IMG/VR virus record: IMGVR_UViG_3300012956_000001
Coordinates: 153,730-217,729 of that record
Strand: one strand, 5' to 3'
Length of the DNA stretch: 64,000 nucleotides
Origin: a virus
Lineage: Duplodnaviria; Heunggongvirae; Uroviricota; Caudoviricetes
Numbering within the stretch: position 1 is the first letter of the stretch; each line of letters starts with the position of its first letter. Made by a program: the position numbers and the translations under genes. The notes under the pieces are model-generated. The model ran no database searches. It had not been told where the DNA came from and worked only from the letters and a program-made list of their open reading frames with translations. Shown one piece after another: positions 10,248 through 20,412 of this stretch.

Positions 10248-11606
10248 ATGCAATTGTTAGAAACGGTTACAGATGTAGAAACGGTTATGGAAAGGCTACA
10301 AAAACAGGATATTTTGATTGTTCCGATCCTAACCGATACAAAAACGCACCCGGCTGTAAATCCCGTGTGCGTTTTGTGCATTTCTACGTCTACGGAGTCG
10401 TTTTTAATCGGTTTGGACCACAATGAGATGGAAGTGCTCGATAAGTCCGTTTTATTGCGCCTGGCGTCAAGCCAGAGGGTCTGGGCAGCTGATAAAAAGG
10501 CTCTTTTCCATAGCTTTCCCGACCTGGCGACCGACGATGTGGCCTCGTTGGAGTATCTTGTCTCTGGTGAGGTCACAAAGGCGGAGACGTTCTATACCAT
10601 CACGCATAGGCACATGATGAATGTCTATGATACTGCGGTCAAAGTCAATAAAAGCATACCAATCATGCAGCATATCGCATTTTTGGAGGGCTATGTCGCA
10701 CATTTGTGGTCCGTAATTAATAATCATGTATCAATATGTGACACCACCGCATACAAGTGGTTGAATGAACAAGCAATACCCGCGTTGTCGTTTATTGAAT
10801 CGAATGGAATTCATGTTGACAGGCAACTTGCCGTACAACGATATCCAGATAAACGGCTGGGGAGACATTTAGCAACGGGATTGTTGTATTCGGAATATAA
10901 TCTATTCACCAAAACAGGTCGATGTTCCAATAAATTTGCTGGAATCAACTATGCTGCACTAAACAAACGTGACGGCACTCGTAAAATGTTCACGAGTAGA
11001 TACGAAACCGGCATGATGGTAATGGTTGACTTTGAAAGTTTCCACTTACGATTGATTGCTGACATGATTGGTTATGAATTTCCAACCAACATACCAGTAC
11101 ACCAATATCTGGGTCAGCAATACTTCGACAAACCAAATTTGACACCAGAAGAATATGACGAAGGCAAGAAAATTACGTTTCGATTGCTCTATGGCGAAGA
11201 TCGAGATGATAACATACCAGAATTCTTCAAAGCAGTCTATCAATACATTGATATGTTAATGGTGTTGCTCAACAAAAATGGCTATATTCTATCGCCATAC
11301 AACAAGCGACATATTGAACGAGACAAGATTGAAGACCCCACACCATCTAAGGTGTTCAATTACATGGTTCAGCTAGCAGAAACTGAAGTGAACCTGACGA
11401 GCATCAATAAAATGAAGACATTGTTTGAAAACACAAACTCTAAGCCTATGTTGTACACATATGATAGTATTTTGTTTGATTATGATGTACATGATGGAAA
11501 GAAACTTCTGATGGATGCTATTGCTATACTATCACACGACAACAAATTTCCGATGCGTGTGTATTACGGAAAAACGTATGACGAATTAACGGAGGTATCG
11601 GTATGA
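10248..11606 (+). CDS. highly diverged minimal family-A (Pol I-like) DNA polymerase-like protein
   Basis: 452 aa; VDFESFHLRLIADMIG resembles PolA motif A (DYSQIELR), GKKITFRLLYGE resembles motif B (K...F..YG), YTYDSILFDYDVHD resembles motif C. Confidence 0.5.
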   Translation: MQLLETVTDVETVMERLQKQDILIVPILTDTKTHPAVNPVCVLCISTSTESFLIGLDHNEMEVLDKSVLLRLASSQRVWAADKKALFHSFPDLATDDVASLEYLVSGEVTKAETFYTITHRHMMNVYDTAVKVNKSIPIMQHIAFLEGYVAHLWSVINNHVSICDTTAYKWLNEQAIPALSFIESNGIHVDRQLAVQRYPDKRLGRHLATGLLYSEYNLFTKTGRCSNKFAGINYAALNKRDGTRKMFTSRYETGMMVMVDFESFHLRLIADMIGYEFPTNIPVHQYLGQQYFDKPNLTPEEYDEGKKITFRLLYGEDRDDNIPEFFKAVYQYIDMLMVLLNKNGYILSPYNKRHIERDKIEDPTPSKVFNYMVQLAETEVNLTSINKMKTLFENTNSKPMLYTYDSILFDYDVHDGKKLLMDAIAILSHDNKFPMRVYYGKTYDELTEVSV

Positions 11607-12442
11607 CGACGATTGGGTTGGTTGGTCGAGGCTTTATAGGCGAAGCATTTTACCAACACATGAAAGAGTTTTACGATGTAAAAGTTTGGGATGTCGATCC
11701 AACAAAATGTAACGTTGAGTCGTTAGAAGAATTGGTTCATCGTGCATCTGTAATATTTGTATCGGTTCCCACGCCAATGAATTTGAAAACGGGTACGTGT
11801 GATACAAGTATTGTTGAAGATGTAGTCTCCAAGATTAACTTCATTGCCACCACCGACAAAATTGTAGTCATTAGATCGACGGTGCCGCCTGGCACGTGCA
11901 AGAGTTTGGACAAATCACCGAATGGCGTATCGATTGTGTTCAATCCAGAATTTTTAACAGAAGCAAATCATATTAGAGACTTTGAAGAACAAGATAGAAT
12001 TGTTCTTGGTGGTCAGCCTTTACAAAGTAAGGTGGTGGCAGATATTTATGCTACTGCGTTTCCGCTAGCGTTCATTGTGTTACTGGATTGGACATCCGCT
12101 GAAATGGTCAAATACACTGCCAATACGTTCTTAGCAACTAAAGTAACGTTTGCCAATGAAATAAAGCAAATATGTGACAAATTGAACATTTCGTATGATG
12201 GCATGATTAATGTGGTGAGTATGGATCGCCGCATTGGAGCATCCCATTGGTCTGTGCCCGGCCCTGATGGTCATTTAGGCTTTGGTGGAACGTGTTTTCC
12301 AAAGGATATTAACGCGTTGATTGCCCATGCAAAAAAATTGAAGGTCAAAGTCCCACTATTAGAAGCGGTTTGGAAGAAGAACCTACAATTGCGGCCAGAG
12401 CGTGATTGGGAGCAATCTAAGGGACGTGCCGTAACGCCTTGA
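11603..12442 (+). CDS. UDP-glucose/GDP-mannose 6-dehydrogenase family protein, C-terminally truncated (no UDP-binding domain)
   Basis: N-terminal GLVGRGFIG Rossmann motif; GFGGTCFPKDINAL matches catalytic-Cys motif GFGG[ST]CFPKD; only 279 aa; ATGA overlap with upstream gene. Confidence 0.6.
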   Translation: MTTIGLVGRGFIGEAFYQHMKEFYDVKVWDVDPTKCNVESLEELVHRASVIFVSVPTPMNLKTGTCDTSIVEDVVSKINFIATTDKIVVIRSTVPPGTCKSLDKSPNGVSIVFNPEFLTEANHIRDFEEQDRIVLGGQPLQSKVVADIYATAFPLAFIVLLDWTSAEMVKYTANTFLATKVTFANEIKQICDKLNISYDGMINVVSMDRRIGASHWSVPGPDGHLGFGGTCFPKDINALIAHAKKLKVKVPLLEAVWKKNLQLRPERDWEQSKGRAVTP

Positions 12443-12500
12443 GAGTATTGAGTTTACTACTTATGATGTAGTTCTGTTACATCATATTGGAGTTTGTTAC

Positions 12501-12914
12501 ATGAGCATAAATACTCAGTTACTTTGCACGTTTTGTACGGTTGAAACGCTGGAAGACACCCTCTCTAACATTGTTGCTAGTTACGACGTTGTATTCGATA
12601 CCATTTACGTACTTGAAAACGTAGATAGTCCTGAATCTCTCTGTTGTACGTATAATGTAGACACCGCCGTACCCCATCGCGGTGAAGTACCACCGGCCAC
12701 AATTTCCCTTCATCGTAAAAAGGCAACAAACACGTTATACACTATTAATGCACTTAACTTATTAATTGCTGATCTAAATAATGGTAACGTAGATAAAGGC
12801 TTTAAGGTGCCATGGGAAGATTATCGAAATACGATTTTGGTCACAGCATATAACAAGCTTAAAAAGATTACTACCAAGTTAAACGAGATTGTTAAAGTTC
12901 AAGATATCGCTTGA
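12501..12914 (+). CDS. hypothetical protein
   Basis: 137-aa ORF preceded by GGAG RBS. Confidence 0.4.
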   Translation: MSINTQLLCTFCTVETLEDTLSNIVASYDVVFDTIYVLENVDSPESLCCTYNVDTAVPHRGEVPPATISLHRKKATNTLYTINALNLLIADLNNGNVDKGFKVPWEDYRNTILVTAYNKLKKITTKLNEIVKVQDIA

Positions 12915-12938
12915 CAAACGCAGTAGTTTGAACTATCT

Positions 12939-12962
12939 TATGACCATGCCCGCACAGTAAAA
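12939..12962 (+). terminator. hairpin (cccgcacag-taaaat-ctgtgcggg) flanked by AGTAGTTT/AAACTACT inverted repeat
   Basis: 9-bp perfect stem seen directly; no clear U-tract. Confidence 0.35.
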
Positions 12963-13066
12963 TCTGTGCGGGAACATCGTCGAGAAACTACTTATAAGCA
13001 ATGGTTACGTTTTTAGATTCAAAACGATTTATCATTTACTAATTAAAAATCATTAGGAGTAATTTT

Positions 13067-13891
13067 ATGGCATTAGACGTATCGGCACTTCGTCAGAAAT
13101 TGAACGAACTAAAGGGTGGATCGGCGCGGAACGACATTCTTTGGAAGCCAACAGAAGGTGAGAACCTTATCCGTATTGTCCCGCTCAAGGACAACCCATC
13201 AAATCCATTCACTGAGCTATACTTCCATTATCTAGGTCGAAACACGTATCTATCACCAATCACATTTGGTGAACGTGATCCTATTGCTGAATTCGGCGAT
13301 GCGCTGATTTCTGGTGGTGGTCTATCCAAGGAAGAGTATCGTGAGGCAAAGAAGTTCACGCCACAGTGCAGAACCTTTGTACCGATCATCGACCGCAAGA
13401 AGCCCGAACAGGGCGTTCGTTACTGGGCGTTTGCTAAGACAGTATACACGGAATTGTTAAACATCATGGCCGACCCAGAAGTGGGTGATATCACCGATCC
13501 GCAGTTGGGTCGTGACTTGAAGATTACGTTCATTCCACAGGAAAAGTCCGACACGGGCTTTGCTAAGACCACGGCACGTATTGCGTTGAAGCAAACACCA
13601 TTGACGACGAACGCCGAGGAGCTTGAACTTTGGTTGAATGAGCAGCCAGATTTGATGTCGCTTAAGCAGCACAAGCGATTGAGCTACGATGAACTGAATG
13701 TCATCTTGAAGACATTCGTTGATGGTCCTTCCGCAGCACCAACCACTCGAAAGGTTGTCGAAACGAACGATAGTGACTGGGGTTCTGCCGCAGATGTTTC
13801 TCCGACTGCTTCCAAGTCAGCCAAAGCCACTAAGAAGGCTTCCGCTGTAGACGTAGAAGATCAGTTCGCAGAAATGTTTGACGAAGCATAA
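13067..13891 (+). CDS. gp32: single-stranded DNA-binding protein, T4 gp32-like
   Basis: 274 aa; core resembling gp32 OB region (LIRIVPLKDNPSNPFTELYFHYLG), acidic C-terminal tail VDVEDQFAEMFDEA typical of gp32; AGGAG RBS. Confidence 0.75.
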   Translation: MALDVSALRQKLNELKGGSARNDILWKPTEGENLIRIVPLKDNPSNPFTELYFHYLGRNTYLSPITFGERDPIAEFGDALISGGGLSKEEYREAKKFTPQCRTFVPIIDRKKPEQGVRYWAFAKTVYTELLNIMADPEVGDITDPQLGRDLKITFIPQEKSDTGFAKTTARIALKQTPLTTNAEELELWLNEQPDLMSLKQHKRLSYDELNVILKTFVDGPSAAPTTRKVVETNDSDWGSAADVSPTASKSAKATKKASAVDVEDQFAEMFDEA

Positions 13892-13899
13892 TTGATATT

Positions 13900-13928
13900 G
13901 GGGCAGGCTGAGCAATCAGTTCTGCCCC
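13900..13928 (+). terminator. hairpin ggggcag-N15-ctgcccc downstream of SSB gene
   Basis: 7-bp G/C-rich perfect stem seen in sequence. Confidence 0.4.
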
Positions 13929-13956
13929 ACAATACCCTTAACTATTGTGAGCGTTT

Positions 13957-15087
13957 ATGGCAACAACTAAAAAGAAAACAAATGATACCCGAGAAGACGA
14001 ACTAGCGTTATCTATTGTGGATGCGCTCAATAAGTCATTCAAGGATGGTCAGGTTGCTTATATCATCGGACAAGAGGAAACTCCAACCGATCTCACAGAT
14101 TTTGTAGGCACTGGTAGCTCACTATTAGATATCGCAATTAGCAATAGAGTAAATGGCGGCATTGCATGTGGTCGTATTACTGAGTTGACTGGATTGGAAG
14201 GTTCTGGTAAGAGTCTGATTGCTGCACATATGATGGCCAATGTTCAGCGTGAGGGTGGTGTCGTGGTTCTACTAGACACGGAGAATGCAGTTAATCCTGA
14301 ATTCTTTGATGCTATTGGACTAAATCTAGGACGTATGGTATATGCACAACCCGACACGGTAGAAGACATTTTCGTAATGATTGAGACAATCATTAATCGT
14401 GTGTGTGAAAAGAAAAGCAATGACAAGAAAGTTATTATCGTTGTAGACTCCGTAGCCGCTGCGCCTACCAAGCAGGAACTAGAAGCAGACTATGACAAGG
14501 ATGGATACGCAACGGGTAAGGCGATCATTCTTAGCAAGGCAATGAGAAAAGTCACACAGATTATTGCCAAGCAAAAGGTTGCTCTCGTATTCACCAATCA
14601 ACTCAGACAAAAGATGAATGCACCAGCATTTTCTGATCCGTGGACAACCTCGGGTGGAAAGGCTATCGCATTCCATGCAAGTGTGAGACTTCGATTGGCG
14701 GTTACTGGTAAAATCACGAACAAGGACAAGGAAGTAATTGGTGTATCAGTTAAAGCATCAGTTGTAAAAAACCGATTGGGTCCGCCGCATAGAACGACCG
14801 AGTTTAACGTGTATTTTGATCGTGGTATTGACGACGAAGATTCGTGGTTAAAGTTCTGTAAAGACAAGGATCTATTGTCAACTGGCGGCGCGTATGTTAC
14901 CTATACGGCACTTGATGGAAGTGAACATCGGTTTGCCAATAAAGAATGGAAGTCATTCTTGACAACCAATCCAACCCTTAAAACCGAAATCTACAATCGT
15001 ATGGCTGAGACAATGATCATGAGCTATTCGTCAGAGGGTCTGACGGAAGACGACATAGAACTATCAGCAGGAGCACTAGAGGAATGA
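13957..15087 (+). CDS. uvsX: RecA-family recombinase UvsX
   Basis: 376 aa; Walker A GLEGSGKS, RecA-core layout, Walker B-like VVVLLDTE. Confidence 0.9.
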   Translation: MATTKKKTNDTREDELALSIVDALNKSFKDGQVAYIIGQEETPTDLTDFVGTGSSLLDIAISNRVNGGIACGRITELTGLEGSGKSLIAAHMMANVQREGGVVVLLDTENAVNPEFFDAIGLNLGRMVYAQPDTVEDIFVMIETIINRVCEKKSNDKKVIIVVDSVAAAPTKQELEADYDKDGYATGKAIILSKAMRKVTQIIAKQKVALVFTNQLRQKMNAPAFSDPWTTSGGKAIAFHASVRLRLAVTGKITNKDKEVIGVSVKASVVKNRLGPPHRTTEFNVYFDRGIDDEDSWLKFCKDKDLLSTGGAYVTYTALDGSEHRFANKEWKSFLTTNPTLKTEIYNRMAETMIMSYSSEGLTEDDIELSAGALEE

Positions 15088-15323
15088 TGACCGTCAAGCA
15101 GCTTCGAGAAATTCTCGAAAATTATAAACCAACTGATTTAGTGATTCTGTCATCTGATGGCGAAGGTAATAGCTTCTCACCATTAGCAGATTCAACACGG
15201 GGCTTTTACATTCCAGATACAACATGGGATGGCGACTTTGTTGACGAAGATGATGTTGATGACGATGACGATATAAACCTTGAAGGAGCTTCACGAGCAA
15301 TAGTCTTGTGGCCTACTAACTAA
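15084..15323 (+). CDS. small highly acidic protein (79 aa)
   Basis: C-terminal run DFVDEDDVDDDDDINLE; ATGA overlap with uvsX stop. Confidence 0.45.
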   Translation: MMTVKQLREILENYKPTDLVILSSDGEGNSFSPLADSTRGFYIPDTTWDGDFVDEDDVDDDDDINLEGASRAIVLWPTN

Positions 15324-15324
15324 T

Positions 15325-16362
15325 ATGAATCTCGCAGAAAAGCTTAAACAATTTTCTGCATCTAATGAAGTAGTTGAGCCCATTGGTCGAGACAGCAAGG
15401 TGCTGTTGGTTGATGGGCTCAATTCGTACCTTAGATGCTTTGTTGCCACACCAACGATGAACGATGATGGTATGCATATTGGTGGGATGAGTGGATTCTT
15501 GCGTTCTGTTGGACTTGCCATCCGCCAATTCAAACCAACGCGATGTGTCATTGTGTTTGATGGCAAAGGTGGTAGTCAACGTAGACGAGAGATATTCAAA
15601 GACTACAAGGGCAACCGAAAGTCGATGACTAAACTAAATCGTACGTATGATTTCCAAACGATTGATGAGGAAGTAACCTCACAGAAACATCAGCTCAGAT
15701 TGTTAATCAATGCCATGCAACATTTGCCAGTTACGATTGTTGCCCCGGACAATGTGGAGGCCGATGACGTGCTTGCTTACTATGCCAACTTGATTGCTGA
15801 TCGTGGTGGTAATGCTATCATTATGTCTACCGATAAAGACTTCCTACAGCTTATCAATAAAAACATCAAGGTATGGAATCCAGTAAAGAAAAAGATGTAT
15901 GACGTTGATGCTGTATTAGAAGAATATGGCATTCATCCAAACAACTTTATCATCCTACGAACCATTGTTGGTGATGACAGCGACAATATTCCAGGCGTCA
16001 AGGGCATTGGACCAGCAACACTAAAGAAACATTTTCCCGAATTGGCAAATGAAACAATGGTGCCATGGGATCACATCTTTGCATCGGCAGAAAACAATAC
16101 CAGTAAAGCTGCTCAATTGCTATTGAATAGTAAGACGTTGCTTGAAATGAATACAACACTCATGCGATTAGATGAACAACAAATGAGTGGTAATACAAAA
16201 GCAAAAATTCTTGATCAGTTCGATGCTCCAATTGGATTACTTAACAAGTTGGGCTTGACACAGATGTTCGTTCATGATAGATTGATGAGTGCATTTCCTA
16301 ACCTAGATGATTGGTTGTTAAATACATTCGGTCCACTCACTCGTTTCAGCCACAAGGATTAA
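15325..16362 (+). CDS. rnh: RNase H / 5'-3' flap endonuclease (T4 rnh-like, FEN family)
   Basis: LLVDGLNSYLR, EADDVLAYYAN, IIMSTDKDFLQL correspond to the FEN/RNase H acidic-cluster motifs. Confidence 0.85.
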   Translation: MNLAEKLKQFSASNEVVEPIGRDSKVLLVDGLNSYLRCFVATPTMNDDGMHIGGMSGFLRSVGLAIRQFKPTRCVIVFDGKGGSQRRREIFKDYKGNRKSMTKLNRTYDFQTIDEEVTSQKHQLRLLINAMQHLPVTIVAPDNVEADDVLAYYANLIADRGGNAIIMSTDKDFLQLINKNIKVWNPVKKKMYDVDAVLEEYGIHPNNFIILRTIVGDDSDNIPGVKGIGPATLKKHFPELANETMVPWDHIFASAENNTSKAAQLLLNSKTLLEMNTTLMRLDEQQMSGNTKAKILDQFDAPIGLLNKLGLTQMFVHDRLMSAFPNLDDWLLNTFGPLTRFSHKD

Positions 16363-16363
16363 C

Positions 16364-17791
16364 ATGAAAGAAGATTTCCGCGAAGAAAATTTAGACACAC
16401 TACAAAAATTCGGTACCACGTTTCAAACAAAGGCTATTTCGTGTCTGCTCAATAGTCGGGAATTTTTGGATCAATCATACGACATTGTTGTACCTCATTA
16501 CTTCGAGAGTGATGCAAACAAGTGGATCGTAGAAAAGATATTGTGGTACTTCATTGAATATAAAAAGGCACCAACGCCAGAAGTGTTCAAACAGGAAGTG
16601 GACAAACTCACCCCGGAACAGAGTGTGTTACGCGTTTCTATTATTGAACAGCTCAAGCACGTATACAAGAATACTAAATCAGAAGATTTAGCATATGTAC
16701 AAAACGAGTTTCTAACCTTCTGTAAGAATCAAGCCATTAAGAATGCCGTTCTGCGTAGTGCAGACATGCTTAAGCGTGGCAAGTATGATGACATTAAGGT
16801 GATGGTGGATCGGGCCCTTCGATCTGGTCAGGAACGTAACATCGGACACGTATGGGCCGAAGACATTGAATCTCGTGTCACCAAGCTTGCTCGTGATGTT
16901 ATTCCGACGCCGTGGCCGTGTATCAACGAATTGATTGATGGTGGCTTGGGTGCTGGTGAACTTGGTTGTATTATTGCGCCGTCTGGTATTGGTAAAAGTT
17001 GGTTGCTTCGTGCCATCGGTGCCGAGGCGCTGCGCCGTGGAAAACGTGTCGTAGACTACACCTTTGAACTATCAGAAACATATGTCGGTCTTCGATATGA
17101 CACCATTATCACTGGTATCGAACCATCACACATTAAGAACAACGTACAAGCTGTCAAAAATCAAATCGATCAAATCGATGGTGAGTTGTTCATTAAGTAT
17201 TTCCCAACACGATCCGCATCTGTGAACCATCTCATGGCACACATCAATAGAATGACACAACTTGGGTATCCACCCGACTTGGTTATTGTAGACTACGCAG
17301 ATCTAATGCGATCCACCGAGAAGTCCAACGCACGACACGAAGAACTTGGATTCATCTATGAAGAACTTCGTGGTATGTTGGGTGAACTAAAGATTCCGGG
17401 TTGGACCGCATCACAAAGTCAACGATCTGCTCTTCAAGATGATGTTGTTGAGGCTGATAAGATTGCTGGTGCATATGCAAAGATATTCGTATCTGACTTC
17501 GTAATTTCAGCAAGTCGTAAATTGGCGGACAAGGTAAGTAACACCGGCCGAGTTCACGTAATTAAGAATCGATTTGGCGCAGATGGCATGACATTCCCAG
17601 CGAACATGGACCTCACACACGGTCAAATCGAAATCTATGATGAAAAGTCATCGGATGGTATGCTCATTAAGAATCGTATGCAAAACGGACAAGGGGTGGT
17701 CAAGCAACTTCTCCAAAAGAAGCTACTAGACATAGGTAAGGTCCAACACGCACTAGACGAGGGCGATACAGAATCCATTCAGTTAGATTAA
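16364..17791 (+). CDS. gp41: replicative DnaB-family helicase (T4 gp41-like)
   Basis: 475 aa; Walker A IAPSGIGKSW, Walker B DLVIVDY, RecA-like C-terminal domain. Confidence 0.85.
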   Translation: MKEDFREENLDTLQKFGTTFQTKAISCLLNSREFLDQSYDIVVPHYFESDANKWIVEKILWYFIEYKKAPTPEVFKQEVDKLTPEQSVLRVSIIEQLKHVYKNTKSEDLAYVQNEFLTFCKNQAIKNAVLRSADMLKRGKYDDIKVMVDRALRSGQERNIGHVWAEDIESRVTKLARDVIPTPWPCINELIDGGLGAGELGCIIAPSGIGKSWLLRAIGAEALRRGKRVVDYTFELSETYVGLRYDTIITGIEPSHIKNNVQAVKNQIDQIDGELFIKYFPTRSASVNHLMAHINRMTQLGYPPDLVIVDYADLMRSTEKSNARHEELGFIYEELRGMLGELKIPGWTASQSQRSALQDDVVEADKIAGAYAKIFVSDFVISASRKLADKVSNTGRVHVIKNRFGADGMTFPANMDLTHGQIEIYDEKSSDGMLIKNRMQNGQGVVKQLLQKKLLDIGKVQHALDEGDTESIQLD

Positions 17792-17802
17792 CAAAGTAGT
17801 AG

Positions 17803-17837
17803 ATGCTCACAGATACTAAATCTTGTCTCTGTGAGCA
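17803..17837 (+). terminator. intrinsic-terminator-like hairpin (atgctcacaga ... tctgtgagcat) followed by T-rich tract
   Basis: 11-bp perfect stem then actatttatcttt. Confidence 0.55.
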
Positions 17838-17882
17838 TACTATTTATCTTTCCATTCACCACTTTAGAATTAGAGATGTACT

Positions 17883-19733
17883 ATGAACCTTAGTAGCAAG
17901 ATTTTGTCCGACCTTACCACCCACATGAAATATTCGAAGTATCTCCCCGAATTCAATCGTCGTGAAACCTGGCAAGAGACTGTAACACGTAACAAACAAA
18001 TGCATCTGAAGAAGTTTCCTCAACTTGCAGATGAAATTGAACAAGCTTATCAATATGTCTATGATAGAAAAATCCTACCATCAATGCGATCCGTACAATT
18101 TGCAGGTAAGGCTGTTGAACTGAATCCGGCCCGAATTTACAATTGTTCATTTTTGCCTATTGACAGCGTTGATGCGTTCTCAGAAATTATGTTTTTGCTT
18201 CTATCTGGTGTGGGTGTTGGATATTCAGTCCAACGGCATCACGTAGAAAAACTTCCTCCAATTAATAAGAACAAAAAGACTCGTCGATTTGTTATCGGTG
18301 ATAGCATTGAAGGATGGGCCGACTCCATTAAAGTATTAATCCGTGCGTATCTGGACGGCAAGCCGACGCCAGTATTTGATTTCTCAGATATTCGTCCAAA
18401 GGGTGCACGATTGGTGACTTCTGGCGGCAAAGCACCGGGACCAGAACCACTTAAGGACTGCTTGCACAACATTCAGAAGATTCTAGATCGTAAGGATACT
18501 GGCGATCAACTACGACCAATTGAAGTACACGATATTTGTTGTTATATTGCCGATGCTGTATTAGCCGGTGGCATTCGTCGGTCTGCTATGATTGCATTGT
18601 TCAATATTGACGACGAAGACATGCTATCAGCAAAGACGTTTGATGAATTGGAACGTAACCCACACCGTCACCGTTGTAACAATAGTGCTGTCATCATTCG
18701 TCACAAGATTGAGAAAGAAGTGTTCCTTGATTTGTGGGCGAAGATCGAGGCATCGAAGTCTGGTGAGCCGGGCTTCTTTATGACGAACAGCGCCGATTGG
18801 GGATTGAATCCCTGTGCTGAAATCAGCCTACGACCATTCCAATTCTGTAACCTCACTACGATTGACGTTACTGATCTTGAAACCCAAGAAGAATTTGATG
18901 CACGAGCAAAGGCTGCAGCATTCATTGGTACACTACAGGCATCATACACAAACTTCCATTATCTTCGTGATATCTGGAAGCGTACGACCGAGAAGGAAGC
19001 GTTAATTGGCGTCAGTATGACTGGTATCGCGTCGGGTAACGTTCTCGCGTTGAACATGAAGACTGCTGCTGGGATTGTGAAGGAAGAAAATGCTCGTGTG
19101 GCTGCATTAATTGGCATTAACAAGGCCGCTAGAACCACTACGATTAAGCCCGAAGGAACTACTTCATTGGTATTGGGTGCCTCGTCTGGTATTCACGCAT
19201 GGCACAATGATTACTACATTCGTCGTATTCGTGTCGGTAAGAACGAAGCAATCTATCATCACCTAAACCAATACCATCCACAGTTGCTGGAGGATGAATT
19301 CTTCAAGCCAAACCAACAAGCCGTCATTGCTATTCCGGTCAAGGCACCAACTGGCGCTATAACACGACAAGAATCAGCCATTGATCTATTGTCACGCGTC
19401 TCTAAGGTGTGGAAGGAGTGGGTTAAGGCAGGGCATCGCCGTGGTGACAACGTAAACAACGTATCAGCAACCATTACTGTTAAGGATGAAGAATGGGTGG
19501 ATGTTGGTGAATGGATGTGGACGAACCGAGAACATTATACTGCACTATCTGTATTGCCATACGCGGACCACAACTACATTCAGGCACCATTTGAAGACAC
19601 CACACAGGAAGTGTATGACGAAATGATGTCACACATTGAAGCATTAGATTTGTCGCAGGTGTACGAACCAGAAGATGAAACCGAGTTGCAGCAGACCGTT
19701 GCGTGTGGCGGCGGCAGTTGCGAAGTGGTCTAA
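17883..19733 (+). CDS. nrdJ: adenosylcobalamin-dependent ribonucleoside-triphosphate reductase (class II, monomeric)
   Basis: 616 aa; active-site NPCAEISL motif, C-terminal CGGGSCEVV redox tail typical of class II RNR. Confidence 0.8.
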   Translation: MNLSSKILSDLTTHMKYSKYLPEFNRRETWQETVTRNKQMHLKKFPQLADEIEQAYQYVYDRKILPSMRSVQFAGKAVELNPARIYNCSFLPIDSVDAFSEIMFLLLSGVGVGYSVQRHHVEKLPPINKNKKTRRFVIGDSIEGWADSIKVLIRAYLDGKPTPVFDFSDIRPKGARLVTSGGKAPGPEPLKDCLHNIQKILDRKDTGDQLRPIEVHDICCYIADAVLAGGIRRSAMIALFNIDDEDMLSAKTFDELERNPHRHRCNNSAVIIRHKIEKEVFLDLWAKIEASKSGEPGFFMTNSADWGLNPCAEISLRPFQFCNLTTIDVTDLETQEEFDARAKAAAFIGTLQASYTNFHYLRDIWKRTTEKEALIGVSMTGIASGNVLALNMKTAAGIVKEENARVAALIGINKAARTTTIKPEGTTSLVLGASSGIHAWHNDYYIRRIRVGKNEAIYHHLNQYHPQLLEDEFFKPNQQAVIAIPVKAPTGAITRQESAIDLLSRVSKVWKEWVKAGHRRGDNVNNVSATITVKDEEWVDVGEWMWTNREHYTALSVLPYADHNYIQAPFEDTTQEVYDEMMSHIEALDLSQVYEPEDETELQQTVACGGGSCEVV

Positions 19734-19746
19734 CAGGAGAAAGATA

Positions 19747-20331
19747 ATGACAGGTTATGTAAATCATAGTGGTGGATGTAAAGGCGCTGATATGGCGTGG
19801 GAAGTTGCTTGTGATGCACACGGTGTAAAGACGATTGCATATTCATTTCACAATCACATTAATGAATCTGCAAATCCATATATTATGACAATTGATGAAC
19901 TTAAAGAAGGATACGAACAAGCGTTAATTGCTGATAAGTCTTTGCATCGTCAATTTACACGTACATTCCCAACATATGAAGATCCATTGCACATGTATGT
20001 AAAGAATTTAATATGTCGTAATTGGTTTCAAGTCAAACATGCTGAGTCAATTTATGCTATTGGCACATTTGCCACTAAAAACAAAACACAAGTAAATGGT
20101 GGCACCGGATGGGCAGTTCAAATGGCAGTAGATAATAGCAAGCCTGTACTTTTCTTTGATCAAGACTCAGATGGATGGTACATCTATGATTATTCTGTTG
20201 GCAGATTTGAATACATCGAGGGGACGCCAATATTGACGGTTCAATTTGCGGGTATAGGTACGAGAGACATTAAAGACAATGGTCTTCAAGCAATACTAGA
20301 TGTGGTGGAACACACTTTCTCACCAAAGTAA
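19747..20331 (+). CDS. Rossmann-fold SLOG/DprA-LOG-like nucleotide-binding protein
   Basis: N-terminal GGCKGADMAWEVA resembles the GxxxGxD motif of DprA/LOG/SLOG proteins; start set at ATG 19747 after AGGAGA RBS rather than the track ORF start that overlaps nrdJ. Confidence 0.4.
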   Translation: MTGYVNHSGGCKGADMAWEVACDAHGVKTIAYSFHNHINESANPYIMTIDELKEGYEQALIADKSLHRQFTRTFPTYEDPLHMYVKNLICRNWFQVKHAESIYAIGTFATKNKTQVNGGTGWAVQMAVDNSKPVLFFDQDSDGWYIYDYSVGRFEYIEGTPILTVQFAGIGTRDIKDNGLQAILDVVEHTFSPK

Positions 20332-20412
20332 TCTTCGAATTGAAACTTCGAATGTTGTTTTTGATTTGAACTTCAACTACTTATAGTTGAAGTATGGAAA
20401 CAAGAGGGTTTT

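Noticed and set aside
12915-13066. tRNA gene in the longest intergenic gaps (also 28518-28648, 37122-37253, 54315-54415)
   Set aside because: No cloverleaf-compatible arms or GTTCRANYC T-loop motif found; the regions are occupied by hairpins or palindromes instead.
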